Under the pieces are notes generated by a model, which worked only from the letters and a program-made list of their open reading frames with translations, did not search any database and had not been told where the DNA came from. The position numbers were made by a program, and so were the translations under genes. From the sequence record NC_049822.1: a stretch of 51,739 nucleotides of DNA; one strand, written 5' to 3'. The DNA comes from Escherichia phage vB_EcoS_G29-2. Positions within the stretch are counted from its first letter, which is position 1. Each line of letters starts with the position of its first letter. This document shows positions 1-8,070 of the stretch, piece by piece.

Positions 1-70
1 AGAGAAACACGGTCCTCTTGCATCCTTTCCGGCAATCCTGGCGAGCGCAACTGTTATTTCCGTTCCCAAT

Positions 71-105
71 GTTATCTCAATTAAGCCTCCGCACTTTGAG
101 ATAAC
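71..105. repeat. inverted repeat GTTATCTCAA / TTGAGATAAC (10-bp arms, 15-bp loop)
   Basis: perfect 10-bp arms at 71-80 and 96-105 in non-coding left end. Confidence 0.6.
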
Positions 106-139
106 AAAATCAGCGTTCACAAACAAAAAGAACAAAATA

Positions 140-300
140 AAATTTATATATATACCCATAAAATCAATAAGTTAGTTATATATGTATTTATATTTGTTAT
201 TTACTGTTATGCTCGTTCTGTGGGTATATGGTGGTGTGGTATTGTTTTTGGTGATATGTATGCGTGGTTGTATACTTTTTAATCAATGGTAATGCGGGGT
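140..300. repeat. AT/TG-rich non-coding element, copy A (homologous to 29770-29935)
   Basis: shared blocks AAATCAATAAGTTAG, TATTTATATTTGTT, TGTGG/TGTGTG, TGGTTGT. Confidence 0.55.
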
Positions 301-456
301 GATTTTTGTATGTATATATATGGGGTAGCGGTAATCCTCCGTCAACCAGGTCAACAAGGTCACTTTTAGCTGTTAAACCAATAACTTAACCAGTGCATTT
401 TGTTATCTCTAAACGCGCCACATGCCAAAAATCGTTATTAAAACACAAAATATATT

Positions 457-486
457 GACATGTAGGAAAGGAAAGGCAATAATGCA
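457..486 (+). promoter_or_regulatory. sigma70-like promoter candidate (TTGACA -17/18- AATAAT)
   Basis: TTGACA at 457-462 and A/T-rich -10 near 480-486, upstream of first gene. Confidence 0.45.
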
Positions 487-519
487 TCCAGTTTAAACGC
501 AACAAAAGGAGTAAATGCC

Positions 520-1005
520 ATGAGCGAAGAAAATATTAGCACCATGTCGCGTAGTGAGTTCTGCGATATGCTTCGCACCCTGGGCGCGGCAATTGGTAGC
601 GGTGAACGTAACAATGTATTCATGCCAGCACTTTTCTTGTGCGCTAACGTGGAGAACGGCGGCGCAATTACGGCATCGTACATGCGCCAGGTGGTCAACC
701 GTGTACCAGAAGTGAAGCAAAAAGGCGTGATCAGCATTAAGCGAAAGGTGACTGATGAGGGTGATGGCTTTGTGTTTACGCTCACAGAAGCCAAAAGCAA
801 GCCACGCGTTCTGACTGGTGAAGAAATCGACGAGATCGCAGAAAAGCGCGCAGAGAAGGCGGTAAGCAAAATTCTTAATCACCTGGTAAACGTAATGCCA
901 AATATCACAGACCTGGAAGGCGATAAACTTGCTGGAGCGTGTGAGGCTATCGGGCGCTACCAGGATATGATCCGTAAACTAGCTGGAGGAAAAGAGGATG
1001 AGTAA
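520..1005 (+). CDS. hypothetical early protein
   Basis: 161-aa ORF, RBS AAAGGAG at 504-510, first gene after promoter-like TTGACA/AATAAT at 457-486. Confidence 0.6.
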   Translation: MSEENISTMSRSEFCDMLRTLGAAIGSGERNNVFMPALFLCANVENGGAITASYMRQVVNRVPEVKQKGVISIKRKVTDEGDGFVFTLTEAKSKPRVLTGEEIDEIAEKRAEKAVSKILNHLVNVMPNITDLEGDKLAGACEAIGRYQDMIRKLAGGKEDE

Positions 1006-1258
1006 GGCATTAATTGGAGTTTTGATTGCAATCGCTACCCTGACCGGATGCGAAAAGGCATCGGAATCAACCGTTGTCGTAGGCGTGGAGTCAGATTTCA
1101 AAGTCGGTCGCCTGTTCACTGTTGACGGATGCACAGCATACAGATTCTATGATAACGGTCGCGCGATCTATTACACCAATTGCAAAGGCGCAACGGATAG
1201 CACGTACAACAGCGGAAAGAACGTAATGCGCCAGCAAGTCACAACAGATATTAAATAG
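998..1258 (+). CDS. putative lipoprotein (signal peptide with lipobox LTGC)
   Basis: N-terminus MSKALIGVLIAIATLTG-C; start overlaps upstream stop; stop codon embedded in motif copy at 1254. Confidence 0.6.
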   Translation: MSKALIGVLIAIATLTGCEKASESTVVVGVESDFKVGRLFTVDGCTAYRFYDNGRAIYYTNCKGATDSTYNSGKNVMRQQVTTDIK

Positions 1259-1300
1259 CACTTTTTGTTAAAACGCCAGGTGCGAATCCTGGCATAATAG
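1254..1300 (+). promoter_or_regulatory. conserved 21-bp motif promoter (motif + spacer hairpin GCCAGG/CCTGGC + -10 ATAATA)
   Basis: AATAGCACTTTTTGTTAAAAC then 19 bp then ATAAT. Confidence 0.6.
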
Positions 1301-1331
1301 CCTCATCGAAACGAGATTGAGGAAAACAAAA

Positions 1332-1517
1332 ATGGCACGTCGCATCACCAAAGACCTTAAAGTTCTGAACAAAGAAAACGTAGTTAAAATCCTGGTTATC
1401 TGGGGATACAACGAAGAAGCAGCAAAGCAGAAGGTAGAGGCAGGTTATGACCTGGCTGTAAAAGCAATGCCAAACGACGACGCCAAAGGCATTGCAAACT
1501 ATGTGGCTTTCTTTTAA
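1332..1517 (+). CDS. hypothetical protein
   Basis: ATG preceded by conserved leader CATCGAAACGAGATTGAGGA; track ORF 1317-1517 trimmed to RBS-supported ATG. Confidence 0.5.
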   Translation: MARRITKDLKVLNKENVVKILVIWGYNEEAAKQKVEAGYDLAVKAMPNDDAKGIANYVAFF

Positions 1518-1532
1518 TTAGCAGGCGAATAA

Positions 1533-1718
1533 ATGAAAACGAAATTAGTCCATAAGTCAGAAATCAAGATCGGCGATACTGTGATTCACAACGGCGAGCT
1601 TAGAACGGTTGGCAAAGAGTCAATAAGCCACGATGAGTTTATGGGGATCTTGTTGTTCGGCGACTCTTATCGGCTGGGTTATAAAATGGTTGAGCTTGTG
1701 GAAGAAGTAAAATTCTAA
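1533..1718 (+). CDS. hypothetical protein
   Basis: 61-aa ORF; stop embedded in motif copy at 1718. Confidence 0.45.
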   Translation: MKTKLVHKSEIKIGDTVIHNGELRTVGKESISHDEFMGILLFGDSYRLGYKMVELVEEVKF

Positions 1719-1764
1719 ATAGCACTTTTTGTTAAAACTCAAAAACGATAACCAGGCATAATGC
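1718..1764 (+). promoter_or_regulatory. conserved 21-bp motif promoter
   Basis: motif then 19 bp then ATAATG. Confidence 0.55.
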
Positions 1765-1817
1765 ATCACATAGGGCGGCACGGCGTCGCCCACTAAAACC
1801 AATCAGGAGAAAGCACC

Positions 1818-2765
1818 ATGTTAAAACTTGCTGACATTAAATTCCCGATCACCTTCGAATCTCGCGGCGTTGGTCATTTCATGTTTACCGACGAGAAGAC
1901 ATGCACTAAGTTTAACGAATACGGAAGTCCAAACGCTTCAACAATGGAGATTGAACACTTCATTGAAGCGCACAATAAACACTACAACTCACTTCGCGAC
2001 TACGGCTATGCAATGCCAGGATACACCTGTTTTCACTACAAGCCATATAAAGGACAGGTGTTACCAATGCGCGCACAGGACATTGCGAGCGCTGCGACTT
2101 ATGCGCGGGCAATTCACGCGCCAGAGAATGCAGAGCCACTAGTAAAAATGCACGCCTTCGACTATAAAAAATTGTGGTGCTTAAGCGTGGACAATATCAA
2201 GTATCCGATCACTTTCCGCTCCGCTGGTAATTCAACGATTCGCTACACATCACGCGACAATGGCGTTTATGGTGATGGTCAGAAATCAGAGTTGAAAGTT
2301 GATTTCTTTGTCAATGGTCACAACAAATTCAATCCACACAACGAAAAGGATAAAGTGTATTACGTGGAAGACATTACAAAACACTTGTTTGGAGAAACAC
2401 CATTCGGCGGCGGGAAGACGTCTATTGCTCAGGCTATAGATAACGTTGCGCGACGTATTGGTGAGCAGATTCACAGTCAAACAATTAAGGCGTCCGGAGG
2501 CTGGCGTATTGATAAGAGCGTCATTGCCTGTCAAGAAATCGTAACGCAGGGCGCGATTGAAGACATGCCGCTTGGCGCTTCAATCATCGGCATCAAAGAC
2601 GACAACGGCGACTGGCAGGATGTTTCATTCCCTGTTAAGCAGATCGAAGTACACGACGACCTGATTTGCCTCCTGGCTCATCATGGCAGCTATAGAGACA
2701 AAGCCTTTGCCGCAGAGCTTAACATCAAGCGCGGAACGATGGTTAAGTGGAAGGTCAAAGCGTAA
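1818..2765 (+). CDS. hypothetical protein with internal tandem repeat
   Basis: 315-aa ORF, RBS CAGGAGA; internal duplication ADIKFPITFESRG / DNIKYPITFRSAG. Confidence 0.7.
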   Translation: MLKLADIKFPITFESRGVGHFMFTDEKTCTKFNEYGSPNASTMEIEHFIEAHNKHYNSLRDYGYAMPGYTCFHYKPYKGQVLPMRAQDIASAATYARAIHAPENAEPLVKMHAFDYKKLWCLSVDNIKYPITFRSAGNSTIRYTSRDNGVYGDGQKSELKVDFFVNGHNKFNPHNEKDKVYYVEDITKHLFGETPFGGGKTSIAQAIDNVARRIGEQIHSQTIKASGGWRIDKSVIACQEIVTQGAIEDMPLGASIIGIKDDNGDWQDVSFPVKQIEVHDDLICLLAHHGSYRDKAFAAELNIKRGTMVKWKVKA

Positions 2766-2808
2766 ATAGCACGAATTGTTAAAACTCAAATGTGGGGCCA
2801 GGTATAAT
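2764..2808 (+). promoter_or_regulatory. conserved motif promoter (variant AATAGCACGAATTGTTAAAAC, -10 TATAAT inside GGCC stem)
   Basis: motif then 17-18 bp then TATAAT. Confidence 0.55.
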
Positions 2809-2838
2809 GGCCTCACTTTCAACGAAGGAGATAAAACG

Positions 2839-3069
2839 ATGTATATTAACAAGAAGATGAAATGCGTTTCCGTTAACTATGGTTGTGCTGGAATGTTCAA
2901 GCCTGGCGAAATCTATACGGCGCAAAAGCTGAAATCATCAACCGGATCCTTTTACGTGAGCAATAGTAAAGGGCATCGCATGTTCCTGAACGGTGGCGAA
3001 GGAACTAAGGTTATGGCGCACGCTATGGTAATTGCTGAATTTGAGGAAGTGAAAGATGGAAACAAATAA
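2839..3069 (+). CDS. hypothetical protein
   Basis: RBS GAAGGAGA 7 nt upstream of ATG 2839; in frame with track ORF 2776-3069. Confidence 0.5.
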   Translation: MYINKKMKCVSVNYGCAGMFKPGEIYTAQKLKSSTGSFYVSNSKGHRMFLNGGEGTKVMAHAMVIAEFEEVKDGNK

Positions 3070-3277
3070 GCGCGTTAAACACAAGTTTATTGATAATCAT
3101 GGTGATGCACTTGAGGTATACAAGTTTGGTGATCGCGTGTTTATTGATGGCACGTTTGAAGGTGGGCGCAGGCCGGATTTTAGGTCGATACTCACCATTA
3201 ACCAGGTGCGCAAGCTGGCGGATAAGTTAAATGATCTGGCAGATGAAATCGAATACAAGCAAATCCACTTTAATTGA
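3056..3277 (+). CDS. hypothetical protein
   Basis: 73-aa ORF overlapping upstream stop. Confidence 0.5.
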   Translation: METNKRVKHKFIDNHGDALEVYKFGDRVFIDGTFEGGRRPDFRSILTINQVRKLADKLNDLADEIEYKQIHFN

Positions 3278-3288
3278 TAGGTTTGATA

Positions 3289-3909
3289 ATGAAAAAATAC
3301 GAATTTGAACTTTGGGGCAGCAAATACCATTTTTCCACGAGCAAGCCGATTGTTATTGTTGATCTGGACGGCACTTTATCCGATGGAACGCATCGCTTGC
3401 ACCTGCTTCCGACAGAAGATTTACACCTTACAGAAAGCTGGTCTGAGTTCAATAAGGCGGCTTTTGGCGATTCGCCGATTAAGAGCACGGTTGCAGTGGT
3501 TAACGGATTATGGATGTCAGGATTTGCTATTGTTATCCTGACCGGACGTAGCGACGAAGTGATGGCGGACACCTTCAAATGGCTTAATGAAAATGGCGTC
3601 AAGTACGACGCATTAATCATGCGCCGCAAGGAAGACAACCGCAAAGACACAATCATCAAAGAAGAAGTCTTACGCGCTATCGGACTGGAAAACATTGTGT
3701 GCGCTTTTGATGATTCGCCGAACGTGGTTAAGCACTTCCGCAGTCTGGGGATCACAACCTATCAGGTCACGGAATACGACAAGCCACATAATCACATCCA
3801 ATCGCACGGCGTGGATGAATTGAAGCCAAAAATCGAATGCGAAGGCGAGCACTGTTTTAGTGTGGTTGATGGTAAATGTTTGCGTTGCGGCGTGGAGGGT
3901 TTGAAATGA
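3289..3909 (+). CDS. HAD-superfamily phosphatase (Pnk 3-prime-phosphatase-like), C-terminal Cys cluster
   Basis: motif IVIVDLDGTLSD (DxDGT) near N-terminus; C-terminal CEGEHC...CLRCG. Confidence 0.65.
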   Translation: MKKYEFELWGSKYHFSTSKPIVIVDLDGTLSDGTHRLHLLPTEDLHLTESWSEFNKAAFGDSPIKSTVAVVNGLWMSGFAIVILTGRSDEVMADTFKWLNENGVKYDALIMRRKEDNRKDTIIKEEVLRAIGLENIVCAFDDSPNVVKHFRSLGITTYQVTEYDKPHNHIQSHGVDELKPKIECEGEHCFSVVDGKCLRCGVEGLK

Positions 3910-4067
3910 CCTGGTTACTTTTAATCTTTGTCACAAGTTACAACTCCGCCGCTATTGAATCGCATGAGTTCCACGGCGAATCAAGATGTCAGGAAGCACG
4001 AAAGCAAGTTGTTCTCCACATGTCAGATAGTGGAAAAGATGTAACGGCGTTATGTGTCCGTAAATAG
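3906..4067 (+). CDS. small hypothetical protein with hydrophobic N-terminus
   Basis: ATG overlaps upstream stop (ATGA); stop embedded in motif copy at 4064. Confidence 0.4.
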   Translation: MTWLLLIFVTSYNSAAIESHEFHGESRCQEARKQVVLHMSDSGKDVTALCVRK

Positions 4068-4109
4068 CACTTTTTGCAAAAACAGATTGTTGGGCTTGCG
4101 GTATAGTAA
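4064..4109 (+). promoter_or_regulatory. conserved motif promoter (hairpin GGGCTT/AAGCCC around -10 TATAGT)
   Basis: motif then 18 bp then TATAGT. Confidence 0.55.
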
Positions 4110-4138
4110 GCCCATCGACAACGAAAAAGGAAAACATC

Positions 4139-4438
4139 ATGTTAGTTCGTAATGCGATTTATAAATTCACCAACGAGATGGGAGTTCAACTTTACCACGT
4201 AAACCATCAAGGCCACACATCAATTGCGATGTATCGCGACGCTCGCGGGAAGTGCAAACCTTCTCTGTGTGGCAGAATTTCTCCTGCGTTCTTCATGTTC
4301 AGATGGTATGCAACAGAACAAAGCAACCATAACCATTGGAATAAAGTATTGGTTGCAGGAGGCCGAATTGTTGCCAGCCACGTAGTCGATCCGCGCAAAC
4401 TAACAAGTCGCCAGCTTCGCAAAATGGCGCGCAAGTGA
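4139..4438 (+). CDS. hypothetical protein
   Basis: 99-aa ORF downstream of motif promoter and leader CCATCGACAACGAAAAAGGA. Confidence 0.55.
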   Translation: MLVRNAIYKFTNEMGVQLYHVNHQGHTSIAMYRDARGKCKPSLCGRISPAFFMFRWYATEQSNHNHWNKVLVAGGRIVASHVVDPRKLTSRQLRKMARK

Positions 4439-4454
4439 TAGAGGAGAAGAACAA

Positions 4455-4640
4455 ATGATATATGCACTTGTATTTTTGGTGATTTTCTTTTATATTTCAG
4501 GACTATTCATCTTCCGAGCATTGGTTAAAGAGTGTGATTGCACGGATAAAGATCAGCCTCTTGTTCTGATGTTCTGGTTTGTGTGGTTTTGGGTGGCGCT
4601 TTACCAGATTGTACGGGATGAAAGCGGCTTTAAGTGGTGA
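4455..4640 (+). CDS. small membrane protein (2 predicted TM segments)
   Basis: RBS GAGGAGAA; hydrophobic stretches IYALVFLVIFFYISGLFIF and LVLMFWFVWFWVALY. Confidence 0.5.
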   Translation: MIYALVFLVIFFYISGLFIFRALVKECDCTDKDQPLVLMFWFVWFWVALYQIVRDESGFKW

Positions 4641-4695
4641 TTCTTGCTATAGCGCATTCATGCAGTGCGCTATGTTGAGATAACAACAGGAGATC

Positions 4696-4833
4696 ATGAA
4701 GATGCGAAACTTCGAAAAAATCGTAACCAAAAAGAAGCGCTACAGCTATGACGAGCACCGCGAGATGAATCAACGCTATCGCAAGAAGCCACAGCGCCCA
4801 GGTAAACATTCAAGCAGACATGGAGAAAACTAA
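4696..4833 (+). CDS. small basic protein (45 aa)
   Basis: not in ORF track (<60 aa); RBS AGGAG 6 nt upstream; fills gap before kinase gene. Confidence 0.3.
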   Translation: MKMRNFEKIVTKKKRYSYDEHREMNQRYRKKPQRPGKHSSRHGEN

Positions 4834-4834
4834 T

Positions 4835-5425
4835 ATGAAGCGCGACATTATCATCCTTAACGGACCGCCAGGAGTTGGCAAGGATACGCTTGCGGCATAC
4901 TTAACGGGCCATCGTTACGCAGCCGTTAAAGCGTCGTTTAAACAGCCTATGTTTGATATTGCGTTTTCCATGCTTGGCGTTTACCGATATGACGAGTTCA
5001 TTGATCTGTATAACGACCGCGAGCAGAAAGAAAAGCCTCAAGCAATCTTGCAAGGCAAGTCTCCTCGCCAGTTCATGATCTGGATTAGCGAAGAAGTTAT
5101 GAAGCCAGCTTTTGGCGAGCAATATTTCGGAAATCGCATGGTTGAGCAAGTACACGAGATGTACAGAGATTTGGCTGTTGTAATTAGTGATGGCGGATTC
5201 CCTGAAGAAATAAAGCCGCTCGTTAAGGCAGGCCATGAAGTTCACATTTGCCGACTGCATCGCGAAGGCTTCACGTTTGATGGCGATTCACGAAACTATA
5301 TTGACCTGAACGGATACCATCACCGAGTAAAACATTACGACTTCACAATGATTGATGGCGATCCAGAAAAGACTGTTGACGAGATCATCAAAACGGTCCA
5401 GTGGAAACACATTAAGATCAAATAG
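4835..5425 (+). CDS. P-loop nucleotide kinase (dNMP kinase-like)
   Basis: Walker A GPPGVGKDT; resembles phage deoxynucleoside monophosphate kinases; stop in motif copy at 5421. Confidence 0.65.
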   Translation: MKRDIIILNGPPGVGKDTLAAYLTGHRYAAVKASFKQPMFDIAFSMLGVYRYDEFIDLYNDREQKEKPQAILQGKSPRQFMIWISEEVMKPAFGEQYFGNRMVEQVHEMYRDLAVVISDGGFPEEIKPLVKAGHEVHICRLHREGFTFDGDSRNYIDLNGYHHRVKHYDFTMIDGDPEKTVDEIIKTVQWKHIKIK

Positions 5426-5466
5426 CACGAATTGCTAAAAGCGGGGCGCAATGCCTCGCTATAATG
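5421..5466 (+). promoter_or_regulatory. conserved motif promoter (variant, -10 TATAAT)
   Basis: AATAGCACGAATTGCTAAAAG then 18 bp then TATAAT. Confidence 0.5.
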
Positions 5467-5495
5467 CAAACACCAATCAACGAGAGGACTTGAAC

Positions 5496-5900
5496 ATGTT
5501 AGAGCTTAACGACATTCGCGTAGGCACAAAATTTCGCGTAACCTGGGTATATGATGAGCGATGCGGCATTCGCAAAGGTGAGATTGTAACAGCTTCCGAT
5601 CGTTATATCGGATCTTTAAAAGAGTTTAACCGACCACGCATCAAGAATGGCTATATCATTACTCGACGACTTGGCTTTGATCATTATTGCGTAGTGGCAA
5701 CTCAAGGCGTTTTGATTGAGCTTAAGCGAATCAGCGATCATCGAGGCTGCCATGTTAAGACAATGAAAATGCCATTTCAGCGAGCGCGATACGATGCGCG
5801 ACGTATGCGCCGACTTGCGCGAAATGCGATCAAGTTCAAAAAGCCTGGTAATGATTTTTACGTCATGTACAATGGGATTGCGCGAAATGCTGGGAAATAA
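5496..5900 (+). CDS. hypothetical protein
   Basis: RBS GAGAGGA; in frame with track ORF 5451-5900. Confidence 0.5.
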   Translation: MLELNDIRVGTKFRVTWVYDERCGIRKGEIVTASDRYIGSLKEFNRPRIKNGYIITRRLGFDHYCVVATQGVLIELKRISDHRGCHVKTMKMPFQRARYDARRMRRLARNAIKFKKPGNDFYVMYNGIARNAGK

Positions 5901-5999
5901 CAACAACGCAACCAATCCTAAGCCACCGTTTGATTTTCATGAAATCATGATTGTGTTATTCTTGATTCTCTTATTTATTTATTCAGTGAGGGCCGCACT

Positions 6000-6263
6000 A
6001 TGGTTTTTAACGCACTAAAACGAATCTTTAAACCTGAATACCGGATCGTTGCTTGCACAGAATGCAAGATTTATTATCTGCAACGCCGCCGCGTTATTGG
6101 TGGGGATTGGGAATACCTGACGGATGATGCTTTCGGCTTTTGGGCTATGGAGTTCAATAGCTACAGCGAAGCGCGTGAATACGCTAAAAAGTTGCATAAG
6201 TTCAGACCTTACAAGCTGCGTTTGCTGGTTGTTAAAAAATGCGACGTATGGGATCACGTATGA
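6000..6263 (+). CDS. hypothetical protein (Cys-x2-Cys)
   Basis: 87-aa ORF, RBS GAGGG. Confidence 0.5.
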   Translation: MVFNALKRIFKPEYRIVACTECKIYYLQRRRVIGGDWEYLTDDAFGFWAMEFNSYSEAREYAKKLHKFRPYKLRLLVVKKCDVWDHV

Positions 6264-6436
6264 AAAGAGTAATTATCACCTTTATTGCCCTTATCGCTGG
6301 TTCTCACTTGGCCTATGAGTATAGCGGCATTGTTGAGTCAATCGGCGGAATGATTATCTTCCTGGCTGGCGCATATTACGGCTACGGCGATGGATTTAAA
6401 AATGGCAAGCGTTACATCCTGACTGGTAAGAAATAA
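6260..6436 (+). CDS. small membrane protein
   Basis: ATGA overlap with upstream stop; hydrophobic IITFIALIAG and MIIFLAGAYYGYG. Confidence 0.45.
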   Translation: MKRVIITFIALIAGSHLAYEYSGIVESIGGMIIFLAGAYYGYGDGFKNGKRYILTGKK

Positions 6437-6479
6437 TGTTTAACCGCGCCGCTTCTGTGGCGCTAAAAGGAGGAAACAA

Positions 6480-6767
6480 ATGGCTAAAAGCAATCGTAAG
6501 ATGTTGATTAACGCATTCGAAAAGGCAGCGCTTGAGCGTGGTTGGAATGACTCATTTCACACGGCAAACTGTATCCGACGTTACGGATTCAAGAATTGCC
6601 GCTCCTGGGCGCGTCAAATGGCTTCATGGTATGATTTTGATGCGCATTATCTTGATATGGATTGCGCCCTAGTCGAAATGATTGAGCAGGCAGCGCTAGA
6701 GGATAGACCGTTGACGCAATCTGATTTTGACGATTTTGTTCGCGATGAAATCTATTACATGAGCTAA
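6480..6767 (+). CDS. hypothetical protein
   Basis: RBS AAAGGAGGAAA; stop in motif copy at 6766. Confidence 0.55.
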   Translation: MAKSNRKMLINAFEKAALERGWNDSFHTANCIRRYGFKNCRSWARQMASWYDFDAHYLDMDCALVEMIEQAALEDRPLTQSDFDDFVRDEIYYMS

Positions 6768-6811
6768 TAGCACTTTTTGTTAAAACTTCCGCGAGGGCAT
6801 TTGTTAAAGTG
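6766..6811 (+). promoter_or_regulatory. conserved motif promoter (weak -10)
   Basis: motif present; -10 region TAAAGT less canonical. Confidence 0.4.
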
Positions 6812-6842
6812 TCCTCATTGAAGCGAAGCAGAGGAAAGCACA

Positions 6843-7100
6843 ATGTCAACCTTAAAAGATAAAAATTTTATTGGTCATGTTAGGGTTAAGTTAATCAATG
6901 TTGACTACAGACCAGATCCAGAGTCGCCAACATTGCGCGAGTGGGCCGGATTCGAAAACGGAAAGGAAATGGTTGTCGAGCTTTACAAAGATGGTGAGAT
7001 GTGGGCGATGGCTGGCATTAATCACAATGGCGAATTTGGCGAAGTAAAAGAAACAGATTGGTTTAGTCTTACAGAGAATGAAGCGGAGATTATCGAATGA
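6843..7100 (+). CDS. hypothetical protein
   Basis: RBS GAGGAAA; 85 aa. Confidence 0.55.
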   Translation: MSTLKDKNFIGHVRVKLINVDYRPDPESPTLREWAGFENGKEMVVELYKDGEMWAMAGINHNGEFGEVKETDWFSLTENEAEIIE

Positions 7101-7330
7101 TCACGATTAACCTTTCAGAGAAGCAAGCATATCAAGTGATGAGCTACATTTCTGGATTTGGTATGGAAGTCGCTATGGGTGAAGTTGCGGATCAGATTTG
7201 CCGTCAACTTACACCAGCACCAACGCGAGCGGCAGAAACTGCCGCATGGCGTAACGAGGCAGGATACATTCAGAAGGCTATTGAATACTGGAAGCGCAAA
7301 AACGAGACTGCGGAGGATGCAGGATTATGA
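7097..7330 (+). CDS. hypothetical protein
   Basis: ATGA start/stop overlap with upstream gene. Confidence 0.5.
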   Translation: MITINLSEKQAYQVMSYISGFGMEVAMGEVADQICRQLTPAPTRAAETAAWRNEAGYIQKAIEYWKRKNETAEDAGL

Positions 7331-7572
7331 TTTACATTCACTACTACCAGATCGGGACAAACGAAAACAAGCAGGAGCGCAGAGCAATTTGTGACACGCT
7401 CGACGATGCGAAAGCACAGCAACGCGTTTTGGGTGGAGTAATTCAGGCTTTTGAGCCAGTGGAAGACATAGAGCACCGAGAGCATTTGAAAGAGATTGTT
7501 GTTGATGAAATTTCATCACTAATCGACGACATGACAAATCACGGGCCTGGTTCTCCGTGGGAAGAGGCCTGA
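7327..7572 (+). CDS. hypothetical protein
   Basis: ATGA overlap; 81 aa, acidic. Confidence 0.5.
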   Translation: MIYIHYYQIGTNENKQERRAICDTLDDAKAQQRVLGGVIQAFEPVEDIEHREHLKEIVVDEISSLIDDMTNHGPGSPWEEA

Positions 7573-7650
7573 TCGACGGAGTGGGATTGCGCTAAAGTTG
7601 CAACGCTTAACAACTTTCGTAAGTTGCTCGACGATTTTTAATTAAAATTG

Positions 7651-7698
7651 AATGCCTCATACAGCGAACAGGACGCATTTTGACGAGGCATTTTTTAG
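7651..7698 (+). terminator. rho-independent terminator
   Basis: stem ATGCCTC/GAGGCAT with T-run. Confidence 0.5.
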
Positions 7699-7711
7699 GT
7701 AAGGTGATTCA

Positions 7712-7840
7712 ATGGATAACTACATAAAACCGTCGCAGCGGTGCGCACAGAAGCAAGAGGAAGCATTAGAACGCGGCGATACTGAAACGGCAATGCACTA
7801 TTTCGAAATGTACAACTTGTGGAAGGGTAGAGGTCTGTAA
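7712..7840 (+). CDS. small hypothetical protein (42 aa)
   Basis: not in track; RBS AAGGTGA; follows terminator 7651-7698; TAATG overlap with next gene. Confidence 0.35.
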   Translation: MDNYIKPSQRCAQKQEEALERGDTETAMHYFEMYNLWKGRGL

Positions 7841-8070
7841 TGTTTGGAATGAACGAGGCACAATTCAACGCTGCAAAACGCCAGGCTAAGAAGTGCGGCG
7901 AGGCAATGAAAGCGGATGTTGAAAAGCGCGGAAAGTATGTTGATGAAGTTATGAAGGGCATTATTGCCGAACATTATCAGCCAGTTGCGCCAATGCTGAC
8001 AATTACCCAATTCATCTGGTTGTGTGGTTATCTTCGTGGGCGATGGGGAAACGCATTTGACCGCGAATGA
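7840..8070 (+). CDS. hypothetical protein
   Basis: 76-aa ORF. Confidence 0.5.
   Translation: MFGMNEAQFNAAKRQAKKCGEAMKADVEKRGKYVDEVMKGIIAEHYQPVAPMLTITQFIWLCGYLRGRWGNAFDRE

Noticed and set aside
438-882. Minus-strand ORFs 438-869 and 493-882
   Set aside because: They lie antisense to the RBS-supported early gene 520-1005 with no RBS or promoter of their own; typical spurious antisense ORFs.
1254-1274. Reading TTGTTA within the motif as a canonical sigma70 -35
   Set aside because: Distance to the -10 is about 22 bp, not 17; the motif fits an upstream or activator element better.
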